Shown: one piece after another, positions 33,688-40,560 of the stretch | Numbering within the stretch: position 1 is the first letter of the stretch | How the letters are laid out: every line of letters begins with the position of its first letter | Assembly (NCBI GenBank): GCA_017479925.1 | Contig: JAFVBP010000274.1 | Location: 1 to 40,560 of the forward strand | Length of the DNA: 40,560 bases | Source of the DNA: Selenomonadaceae bacterium | GTDB taxonomy: Bacteria > Bacillota > Negativicutes > Selenomonadales > Selenomonadaceae | Direction: 5' to 3' | Made by a program: the position numbers and the translations under genes | Notes under the pieces: model-generated | What the model saw: the letters and a program-made list of their open reading frames with translations, nothing else | Databases searched by the model: none | Told to the model about the DNA's origin: nothing

Positions 33688-34362
33688 TTGGCGATTTACA
33701 ACGCACGGATTGTCGAAGTCGACGCGGCGGAAACTCGACGCTACGCCGGTTTGCGAAAAGCTCAAAATTTCGGCGAACAAAATATCCGCGACGCCTGCGC
33801 GGAAGCCGTGTTGCTCATTGATGTCGGCGGCGTGTGGGAAATTTACGATTACGACGGCATGAATCACGTCGTCAAGTCGGAGCCGCCCTTTACAATCGCG
33901 GGCAATTCGATTATAAAACACCTCGACGGTTGCGAACGCGTCATTTGCATGGCGGCGACGGTCGGCTTTGACATTGAGCGCGAAATTAGCCGCAAGTTTG
34001 AGCGCGGCGAATATCTTGCGTCAATTCTTTTGGACGCGGCGGCGACTGCGGCAGTCGAACAGGCAGCCGACGAGATGGAAAAACATTTCGCTTCGACGTT
34101 CGCCCGCGACGGTTTCAAGTTGCGTTGGCGTTTCAGCCCCGGTTACGGCGACTGGGCTTTGACCGAGCAGGCGAAACTTTTTGATGCGGCGGGCGCGTCA
34201 CGAATCGGTTTAACGTTGACTTCCGCAATGATGTTGGAGCCGCGAAAATCCGTCACGGCAATTATCGGGCTTGAACGCGTCACGAAAGCTCAACCGTTGC
34301 AAGCGTCAAAAAAATTCTGCGCGACCTGCGACAAAATCAACTGTCCGTCGCGGACATTTTAA
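33688..34362 (+). CDS. methionine-synthase activation-domain-like protein (standalone)
   Basis: TTG follows GGAGGC. Contains RFSPGYGDW...LEPRKSVTAIIG and a C-terminal CATCDKINC. Assignment is from motif memory. Confidence 0.5.
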   Translation: MAIYNARIVEVDAAETRRYAGLRKAQNFGEQNIRDACAEAVLLIDVGGVWEIYDYDGMNHVVKSEPPFTIAGNSIIKHLDGCERVICMAATVGFDIEREISRKFERGEYLASILLDAAATAAVEQAADEMEKHFASTFARDGFKLRWRFSPGYGDWALTEQAKLFDAAGASRIGLTLTSAMMLEPRKSVTAIIGLERVTKAQPLQASKKFCATCDKINCPSRTF

Positions 34363-34407
34363 ATAGCGGTTATGGCGTGTCTCTTCGATTAAATTTGTTT
34401 ATTGAAC

Positions 34408-34513
34408 GTTACTTTCTTTCGGCGTCGAAAGAAAGTAACCAAAGCAAGACGCGCCCGCTATGATGCATCCTGCATCATGCGACGGGCGGTTGCGGCCGTC
34501 ATCCATGACGGCC
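34408..34513 (+). repeat. composite three-hairpin element, copy 5
   Basis: gttactttctttcggcgtcgaaagaaagtaac caaagcaagacgc gcccg-ct-atgatgca-tcc-tgcatcat-gcga-cgggc ... ggccgtcatccatgacggcc. Confidence 0.9.
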
Positions 34514-34556
34514 GGAGCTTCGTTCATTTCAAGTCGAGGATTTAACTATGTTTTCC

Positions 34557-34591
34557 AATTACGCATTACGAATTGCGCATTACGCATTGAA
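34557..34591 (+). repeat. heptad array family A, copy A5
   Basis: aattacg cattacg aattgcg cattacg cattgaa. Confidence 0.85.
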
Positions 34592-34613
34592 GTTCAAGGA
34601 GATGTTGCGAAAC

Positions 34614-35486
34614 ATGAAACGAAACGACCCGTGTTGGTGCGGCAGCGGCAAAAAGTACAAAAAATGTCACGCGGACTTTGACGCACGAATCGACGAGATG
34701 AAATTCGTCAAGGCTCACAATCAAATTCGTCCCCCGAAACGGCTTATCAACAACGCGGCGGACATTGAAGGCATCAAGCGGGCGGCAGTCATAAACACGG
34801 GCGCGCTTGACTTGATGAACGAACTTGTTCGCGAAGGCGTCGACACCTTGACGCTCAACGACGCGGCGCACGAATTTATCACAAGTCACGGCGCGCATCC
34901 GAGCTGTCTTGGCTTCGAGGGCTTCCCGAAAAGTATTTGCATTTCCGTCAACAACGTCGTCTGCCACGGCATTCCGTCGCGAAAAGAAATTCTCAAGTCG
35001 GGCGACATTTTGAATATCGACATCACCACGGACTTGGACGGCTACTTTGCGGACGCGTCGCGCATGTACACGGTCGGCGAAATTTCTGCCGAGGCTCAAC
35101 GCTTGATTGACACTACACGCGAAATTATGGAAGTCGGCATTGCGGCGGCTCAACCTTGGCATTTCGTCGGCGACATTGGCGCGGCTTGCGGAAAATTGGC
35201 GCACGAAAACGGTTATTCGGTCGTCACGGACTTGGGCGGGCACGGCGTCGGCAAAAAATTTCACCTGGAGCCGTTCGTCAGCCACGATTGTCGCGCCAAT
35301 ACGGGCATGTTGCTTGTACCCGGCATTGTGTTGACCGTCGAGCCGATGATTAACGCGGGGCGCAAGGAAGTCACCGTCGACGACAAAGACAACTGGACTG
35401 TTCGCACGGCGGACGGTTCACTTTCCGCGCAGTGGGAAAAGACGATTTTAATCACCGAGACCGGCGCGCAGGTTTTGGCAAGCTGA
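34614..35486 (+). CDS. map: type I methionine aminopeptidase with N-terminal SEC-C zinc motif
   Basis: [19 protein letters not shown]...CHGIP...DITT..DGY.AD...HGVG...EPM. ATG 34602 is an alternative start. Confidence 0.9.
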   Translation: MKRNDPCWCGSGKKYKKCHADFDARIDEMKFVKAHNQIRPPKRLINNAADIEGIKRAAVINTGALDLMNELVREGVDTLTLNDAAHEFITSHGAHPSCLGFEGFPKSICISVNNVVCHGIPSRKEILKSGDILNIDITTDLDGYFADASRMYTVGEISAEAQRLIDTTREIMEVGIAAAQPWHFVGDIGAACGKLAHENGYSVVTDLGGHGVGKKFHLEPFVSHDCRANTGMLLVPGIVLTVEPMINAGRKEVTVDDKDNWTVRTADGSLSAQWEKTILITETGAQVLAS

Positions 35487-35488
35487 AC

Positions 35489-35659
35489 GTTACTTTCTTT
35501 CCGCGTGGAAAGAAAGTAACCAAAGAAAGACGCGCCTGCAATGAAACCATCACGGTTTCAACGCAGGCGGTTGGCCGTCATCCATGACGGCCTATTTTCG
35601 GCGACGCTTGTGTCGACATCTATGTCGACCGAATTTACGTTGCGATTGGAGGTAGCGTC
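35489..35659 (+). repeat. composite three-hairpin element, copy 6 (extra M4-like hairpin and M5 tail carrying SD)
   Basis: M1 starts 3 nt after the map stop. M3 is cctgc-a-atgaaacc-atcac-ggtttca-a-cgcagg and M4 is ggccgtcatccatgacggcc. An extra hairpin gtcgacatctatgtcgac follows, and the tail is gaatttacgttgcgattggaggtagcgtc. Confidence 0.9.
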
Positions 35660-35932
35660 ATGAAACCAATTACGCTGATTAAAATTAACGGCTGTCCGTA
35701 CTGTGCGGCGGCGTTCAAGGCGATTGACGAACTCAAGAAAAATTTCCCGCCCGCGACGATTGACATTGTCGACGAAAAAATTGAGCCGTCACGTGCCGCC
35801 AAGTTCACCGATTATTATTACGTGCCGACAATGTACGTCGACGGTCGAAAGATTTACGAAGCGCACCCCGGCGAAACTTACGGCGAATGTTTTGCCAACG
35901 TCAAGAAAGTTTTCGAGGTCGCGCAAGCTTGA
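35660..35932 (+). CDS. glutaredoxin/thioredoxin-fold protein (CPYC)
   Basis: MKPITLIKINGCPYCAAAFKAIDELK...VPTMYVDGRKIY. Confidence 0.75.
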   Translation: MKPITLIKINGCPYCAAAFKAIDELKKNFPPATIDIVDEKIEPSRAAKFTDYYYVPTMYVDGRKIYEAHPGETYGECFANVKKVFEVAQA

Positions 35933-35979
35933 CGATTTACTTGCGGAGGTCGATATTTTGAAAGCTGTGGCGTGTGTTC

Positions 35980-36144
35980 GTTACTTTTCTTTTGGCGCAA
36001 AAGTTGCGGTTGATCTACTTTTCTTTTGGCGCAAAAGAAAAGTAGCAAAAGAAAACAGCCCGCTATGATACATCCTGTATCATGCGCGGGCGGCGGCCGT
36101 CATCCATGACGGCCGAAATTACCGTTGCGATTGGAGGTCGCGTC
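35980..36144 (+). repeat. composite three-hairpin element, copy 7 (partial M1, full M1-M4, and M5 tail carrying SD)
   Basis: gttacttttcttttggcgcaaaagttgc..., then ctacttttcttttggcgcaaaagaaaagtag caaaagaaaacagcc cgc-t-atgataca-tcc-tgtatcat-gcgcgggc ggccgtcatccatgacggcc gaaattaccgttgcgattggaggtcgcgtc. Confidence 0.9.
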
Positions 36145-36831
36145 ATGATTAAAGCTGTGGTACTTTCAAGCGGGGGCATTGATTCGACGACGTGCTTGGC
36201 GTTGGCGGTTGACAAATTCAGCGCGGACAACGTCGCAACTTTGTCGATTTTTTACGGGCAACGTCACTCCGCCGAACTTCAAGCTGCCCGTGCCGTCGCG
36301 AAATTTTACAACGTCGCGCATTACGAACTTGACGCCTCGGAAGTTTTTCGCAATTCGGATTCGGCTTTGCTGGACGCCTCAACCGCTCCGATTGAAAAAA
36401 GTTCTTACGCCGCGCAGATTCAAAAAAACAATTCGCCGCGTGTGTCGACGTACGTGCCTTTCCGCAACGGGCTGATGATTTCGATGGCGGCAAGTTTCGC
36501 GGACGCTTTGGGCGACGAAATTGATCTTTATGTCGGCGTGCACTCGGACGACGCGGCGGGCGCGGCTTACGCGGATTGCAGTGCTGATTTTATCGCGGCA
36601 ATGAACTCGGCGGTTTCAATCGGCACTTACGGCAAGATTAAAATCGTCGCGCCGTTCGTCGACAAAACGAAAGCCGAAGTCGTCAAAGTCGGGCTTGAAC
36701 TCGACGCGCCGTATCACCTGACGCGCAGCTGTTACGAACGCGGCGATACTCCTTGCGGACGTTGTGCCACCTGCATTGATCGTGCGAAAGCTTTTGAACT
36801 CAACGGCGTCAAAGATCCCGCGTTGACTTAA
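36145..36831 (+). CDS. queC: 7-cyano-7-deazaguanine synthase
   Basis: MIKAVVLSSGGIDSTTCLA...YGQRH..E...C..C..C..R motifs. Confidence 0.9.
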   Translation: MIKAVVLSSGGIDSTTCLALAVDKFSADNVATLSIFYGQRHSAELQAARAVAKFYNVAHYELDASEVFRNSDSALLDASTAPIEKSSYAAQIQKNNSPRVSTYVPFRNGLMISMAASFADALGDEIDLYVGVHSDDAAGAAYADCSADFIAAMNSAVSIGTYGKIKIVAPFVDKTKAEVVKVGLELDAPYHLTRSCYERGDTPCGRCATCIDRAKAFELNGVKDPALT

Positions 36832-36878
36832 AATCTGTTTGACGAAACGGTCGCGGCTGTCGGTGACGTTCGGATTGC

Positions 36879-36908
36879 ACAAATTGTTCTGTCGCTTTTA
36901 AAGCGACC
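36879..36908 (+). repeat. N module, copy N6
   Basis: cacaaattgttctgtcgcttttaaagcgacc, containing the 17-nt perfect palindrome gtcgcttttaaagcgac. Confidence 0.75.
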
Positions 36909-36937
36909 TTGACGCGAAAATCTTCCTGTGTTAAACT
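36909..36937 (+). promoter_or_regulatory. sigma70-type promoter for rpsO
   Basis: TTGACG, a 17-nt spacer, then TAAACT; followed by an ~80-nt leader. Confidence 0.5.
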
Positions 36938-37025
36938 GCGTCAACTTCAACCTCGGCGCGGTTCTGCGACACTGCGACGCGAACTCTGCCGACGGAAATA
37001 CTTTCTACGCAGGAGGACTTTACAC

Positions 37026-37292
37026 ATGTTGGACAAACAAGCAAAGCAGGAGATCATGCAGAAATTCGCGGTTCACGAAGGCGACACCGGTTCGCCCGAA
37101 GTGCAAATCGCGCTGTTGACCGCTCGCATTTCTTACTTGACCGAACACCTCAAACAGCACAAAAAAGATCATCATTCGCGCCGCGGCTTGCTCAAAATGG
37201 TCGGACACCGCCGCCGCCTGTTGAGCTACCTGAGCAAAAAGGACATCAACCGCTACCGCGAAATCTTGGCACAACTGAACTTGCGCAAATAA
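37026..37292 (+). CDS. rpsO: 30S ribosomal protein S15
   Basis: ATG follows AGGAGG. Contains ...[53 protein letters not shown]. Confidence 0.95.
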   Translation: MLDKQAKQEIMQKFAVHEGDTGSPEVQIALLTARISYLTEHLKQHKKDHHSRRGLLKMVGHRRRLLSYLSKKDINRYREILAQLNLRK

Positions 37293-37362
37293 TTTCACAC
37301 GCACGCAAACGAACGGGTCGGGCATTGACGCTCGGCTCGTTTTTGGATTAGGAGGCGACAAT

Positions 37363-38496
37363 ATGAAAAAATTTTTGACGGCGTTGTTGCTCCTGTCATT
37401 CGTTTTGACAGGTTGCGGTGGCGAAAAAACTGCCGACAATCCCGCTACAAAAGCCGAACAAACGAACGAAGTATCGCCTTCCGATAACGAAAAATTTTTC
37501 GCTAACGGTCAGTTCAAAGTTGGCACAGATTTACCCGTCGGCGAATATCTTGCGGTCGGAACAGGTTACGTCGAAGTGGCGACAAGCCCCGAAGGCGGCA
37601 ACTCGATAGTCGTAAATGACAATATTGTCTCTGCCCAACGCTACGTCACGGCGCAGGCTGGCGAATACGTGAAACTTCAGGGTGACATAAAACTTTATCC
37701 CGCATCGTCTGCACCGAAAATTGACGCAAGCAACGGAAAAATTCCGACGGGGCAATTCAAGTGCGGCACTGATATTACGGCTGGCGAATACAAAATCACG
37801 TTGGACAAAGACGGTTATTTTGCCGTGACGAAGACTACGGGACGCGATTTTGTGAAAAATCAGTTCGCGCCCGAAGGCGGTTCGTTTTACGCGACGGTTG
37901 TCGACGGACAGTTTCTTCAGATAAAAAACGGCACGGGTGAATTCGTCGGAGCAGTTCAACCACAAACCGCTCAGCCCGCACCTCAACCCGCAAAAGTTTT
38001 GAATCTGGGTATGACGTTTGGACAATTCAGAGATGCATTAAACGCGAATATAGCGACATATATCCCTGAATTCGGCTGGGATGTCAGCGCAATGAATTTA
38101 ATGGTCGGTAACCAACAAGATGTGTTTCTGCACCAATTCACAGACCGAATTGCGATACTGGGGACAACGGAGAAATCTTCAGGTTTGGTGCGCGGCATCG
38201 TTGTAATGTCGTTACCACAAAATCAGAATGACTACGACGGCGCACTACTGGCGTACTCGCTCGTGATGGCGACTTTGAGTCCGCAAATTGGTTACGGCGA
38301 ACGCAGTCAACTTTGCAGTGAATTGCGCATTTTTAGCGATTTGCCTGACACCTACGCTGAATTAAAAAAACAAAGTTACTCCATCCTTCGCGGCAATGTC
38401 AAATACAGCTCGGCATTTAATGCTGAAAAAGGCGCGTTTCATTTCTTCGCAACGGCGAAAGATCTTCCTCTGTCGACAATTGTACCGTCGAAATAA
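37363..38496 (+). CDS. lipoprotein of unknown function
   Basis: RBS is GGAGG. The lipobox is MKKFLTALLLLSFVLTG/C. There is an internal duplication of the G(Q)FKVGTD(L/I)..GEY motif. Confidence 0.75.
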   Translation: MKKFLTALLLLSFVLTGCGGEKTADNPATKAEQTNEVSPSDNEKFFANGQFKVGTDLPVGEYLAVGTGYVEVATSPEGGNSIVVNDNIVSAQRYVTAQAGEYVKLQGDIKLYPASSAPKIDASNGKIPTGQFKCGTDITAGEYKITLDKDGYFAVTKTTGRDFVKNQFAPEGGSFYATVVDGQFLQIKNGTGEFVGAVQPQTAQPAPQPAKVLNLGMTFGQFRDALNANIATYIPEFGWDVSAMNLMVGNQQDVFLHQFTDRIAILGTTEKSSGLVRGIVVMSLPQNQNDYDGALLAYSLVMATLSPQIGYGERSQLCSELRIFSDLPDTYAELKKQSYSILRGNVKYSSAFNAEKGAFHFFATAKDLPLSTIVPSK

Positions 38497-38504
38497 CCTT
38501 CACA

Positions 38505-38760
38505 GGCAAAAAAATTCGTCAGAGGTATTGGTGCGTTTGCCTTGAAAAAATCGAGACCGAAACGGGCTTGACGGGCGCAGATGTCGACGAGATTTTGTAA
38601 CTGTACTTCGCTGACGCCGAACTTTGCCGTGCGGACAATTTCGACGCGTTTATTGTCGACCGTGCGAAAAAAATTCTTGACGCCATCGAAAAGATTACAG
38701 AACGCGAAGTAGTCGGTCGTGACAGCCCCGAAATAAAAAAATCTTCGGCGCATCGCTCAT
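38505..38760 (+). pseudogene. possible gene remnant (no start codon, one in-frame TAA)
   Basis: The + frame reads ...KKIRQRYWCVCLEKIETETGLTGADVDEIL*LYFADAELCRADNFDAFIVDRAKKILDAIEKITEREVVGRDSPEIKK with genome-typical codon usage. The opposing ORF 38439..38753 has antisense-type F/R/V/N-rich composition. Confidence 0.3.
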
Positions 38761-38793
38761 CTGAACAAAAAATTGCCTCGTCCGTGTTACGGG

Positions 38794-38819
38794 GCAACGT
38801 AGACGTTGCATCCAATTGG
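38794..38819 (+). repeat. P module, copy P3
   Basis: gcaacgtagacgttgcatccaattgg. Confidence 0.75.
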
Positions 38820-38850
38820 TGTGACCCGCAACGTTATCGTAATCAATCGG

Positions 38851-38877
38851 CTCCGTCACAAACGGCGGGGTTTTTTG
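38851..38877 (+). terminator. terminator-like hairpin of the CCGTCACA..CGGCGGGG family
   Basis: ctccgtcacaaacggcgggg plus a T6 run. Confidence 0.5.
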
Positions 38878-38986
38878 TTTGCGGGAACGTCGCTTGCTGA
38901 AAAAATTTTGAAAAACCGCAGACACGGCACAAGTTTCGTGATAAAATGACCGCGTTTAAGCATCACGCCACGGAGGTGAAATTTTT

Positions 38987-40366
38987 TTGCAGAACAAAAC
39001 GAAGGCGACGGCGACGCTTGCGGGCAGTGCACTTTTGGCGATTTCGACGTTGCCGGAAATTTCTCCGCTGAAATTTGTTTTAACGGGCGCGGGCGGCTCG
39101 TTCACGTTGGGATTGTTGAATCACGGCTTTTTGGCGGCGACAATCGGCGGCATGGCGGACTGGTTCGGCGTCACGGCACTTTTCCGCAAACCGCTGGGTA
39201 TCGGCTTCCACACCGAAATTTTGCGTCGAAATCGTGCGCGAATCATGGATGCGATTGTCGAATTCGTCGGCACCGACCTGCTCAACACCGAAAACATCAT
39301 GCAGACCGTTCGCGACGAAAACACCGCGCAACTTTTGATTGACTATTTCGAGCGCAACAACGGCCGTGCGAAAACCAAAGCTATGGCGCGTGACGTTATG
39401 AGCGAACTTTTCGGGACGTTGGACACGGCTAAAATTTCGTCCGCCGTCGCCCCGATACTCGAAAACGAAATCAAAAATCTCGACGCGCAAAAATTCTTCG
39501 ACGCGGTTTTGAAGGTCGTCACGAGCGACAAGCACAGCCGAAAAATTTTAATCGCGCTGTTCGACACGGGGCACAAAATCATCCAAAGCCGCCACATGCA
39601 GGAAGAAATTCTTCGGAAAATCACGCAACTGCGCGAAGCTTACGAAGGCGATTCGGCGGGACGTGCGCTTGTGCTGTCGAGCATGGGCTTGACCGACGAA
39701 AAAATTTTGACGATTCTCAACGAGACCGTCGAAAAGAAAATCTCCGACGCCGAAAAAATTTTGAGCGCGACGGGCATGGTTGAACGCGACACCGCCAACG
39801 CCGCAAGCGACATGATTCGCACGTTCGGCGGCTTTATTCAAAGCGCGGCAAGTTCGCTCAACACGAAAAAATTTCTCGACGACATCAAGAACATGTTCCT
39901 GCAGAAATTTGACTCGGCTACCTTCGTCAAAACTTGGCTCGACGTGAACGTCAAAGGCGAAACCGATCCGAAAGTTCTTGAAAAAATTCGTCGTCAGCAG
40001 GCGAACAACCCCGGTGCCATGGTCGTCGAAATCGAACGCAAAGAAGTCGTTTGGAAAGCCGCCGTCGATTATCTCGTCGACGCGAAAATTGACGAATTCA
40101 TCAACAGCACGGCGCAACAACAACGTTTCGACAAGCTCATCAAAGATTTTATCGCGGGCTTGCTCGACGAATATCGCGGGCAAATTCCTTTGATGATTCG
40201 CGAACGGCTCGACAAGTTCAACGACGACGAGTTGACCGAATTCGTCGAAGGGCACGTGTCGGACGATTTGCAGATGATTCGCATCAACGGCTCGGTTTGC
40301 GGCGCGCTTGTCGGCATGGCATTGTTCGTCGTGTCGCAGGTTATCGAACACTTTGTTGCGCGTTGA
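38987..40366 (+). CDS. DUF445-family membrane-associated protein
   Basis: TTG follows GGAGGTG. Contains GGMADWFGVTALFRKPLGIGFHTEILRRNRARI...RINGSVCGALVGMALF. Confidence 0.8.
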   Translation: MQNKTKATATLAGSALLAISTLPEISPLKFVLTGAGGSFTLGLLNHGFLAATIGGMADWFGVTALFRKPLGIGFHTEILRRNRARIMDAIVEFVGTDLLNTENIMQTVRDENTAQLLIDYFERNNGRAKTKAMARDVMSELFGTLDTAKISSAVAPILENEIKNLDAQKFFDAVLKVVTSDKHSRKILIALFDTGHKIIQSRHMQEEILRKITQLREAYEGDSAGRALVLSSMGLTDEKILTILNETVEKKISDAEKILSATGMVERDTANAASDMIRTFGGFIQSAASSLNTKKFLDDIKNMFLQKFDSATFVKTWLDVNVKGETDPKVLEKIRRQQANNPGAMVVEIERKEVVWKAAVDYLVDAKIDEFINSTAQQQRFDKLIKDFIAGLLDEYRGQIPLMIRERLDKFNDDELTEFVEGHVSDDLQMIRINGSVCGALVGMALFVVSQVIEHFVAR

Positions 40367-40368
40367 AT

Positions 40369-40498
40369 GTTACTTTTCTTTTGGCGCAAAAGAAAAGTAA
40401 CCAAAAGAAAACAGCCTGTGTATTTCGCATCACGCGAAATGGCACAGGCGGCGGCCGTCATCCATGACGGCCGGAATTACCGTTGCGGTCGGCGTCGT
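40369..40498 (+). repeat. composite three-hairpin element, copy 8 (with M5 tail)
   Basis: M1 gttacttttcttttggcgcaaaagaaaagtaac starts 3 nt after the stop. M3 is cctgtg-t-atttcgc-atcac-gcgaaat-gg-cacagg, M4 is ggccgtcatccatgacggcc and the tail is ggaattaccgttgcggtcggcgtcgt. Confidence 0.9.
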
Positions 40499-40526
40499 GC
40501 ACATTCCAAATTCCAAATTGCAGTTG
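40499..40526 (-). repeat. heptad array family B, copy B4
   Basis: gcacattc caaattc caaattg cagttg. Confidence 0.75.
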
Positions 40527-40560
40527 TGACGACCGGAATTACCGTTGCGGTCGGCGTCGT
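40527..40560. repeat. second copy of the M4-end/M5 segment (direct repeat of 40465-40498), truncated by the window end
   Basis: tgacgaccggaattaccgttgcggtcggcgtcgt versus tgacggccggaattaccgttgcggtcggcgtcgt. Confidence 0.9.

Noticed and set aside
36050-36144. A preQ1 riboswitch upstream of queC.
   Set aside because: The upstream sequence is entirely accounted for by composite repeat copy 7. No preQ1-I or preQ1-II consensus is visible.
34408-36160. Integron-like gene cassettes, with the structured repeats read as attC sites.
   Set aside because: No intI integrase or attI site is present. The elements lack the RYYYAAC/GTTRRRY core sites. The cargo genes (map, queC) are core housekeeping genes. 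The elements also occur singly all over the window.

Overview
This window looks like a chromosomal, mostly housekeeping segment from an anaerobe-type bacterium. Gene order is Firmicutes-like, for example tRNA-Ser, SRP RNA, dnaX, ybaB, recR, and yceD, rpmF, plsX, fabK, fabD ... fabG, acpP. Protein genes I recognise from sequence motifs are tsf, rpsB, secA, asd, map, queC, rpsO, plsX, fabK, fabD, fabG, acpP, rpmF (missing from the ORF track), dnaX, ybaB and recR. I also call an RNase P RNA, tRNA-Ser(GGA) and a probable 4.5S-type SRP RNA. Accessory content includes:
- a frameshift-split tandem rubrerythrin-rubredoxin gene;
- a TetR / HpcH-aldolase / NAD(P)H-oxidoreductase cluster;
- two paralogous secreted TPR proteins inserted into the fab operon;
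- an orphan 482-aa glycine-zipper membrane protein;
- a GIY-YIG/DUF4357 nuclease;
- a decayed Gp49/HigB-type toxin remnant.

The most unusual signal is non-coding. Intergenic DNA is saturated with several families of small structured repeats:
1. a roughly 100-nt three-hairpin composite element, with 8 full copies plus one minimal copy, whose stems co-vary between copies;
2. three families of 35-nt modules, each built from five degenerate heptads, reminiscent of cyanobacterial STRR repeats;
3. two further small hairpin modules.

Several of these modules are bracketed by unusually long direct duplications of flanking DNA (28-56 bp). Two adjacent genes (grx-like and queC) take their Shine-Dalgarno site and ATG from repeat-derived sequence. 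I found no transposase, integrase, cas gene, reverse transcriptase or obvious multi-gene defence locus. All product calls rest on motif recognition by eye; no database search was run. The many long antisense ORFs in the track are treated as compositional artefacts.
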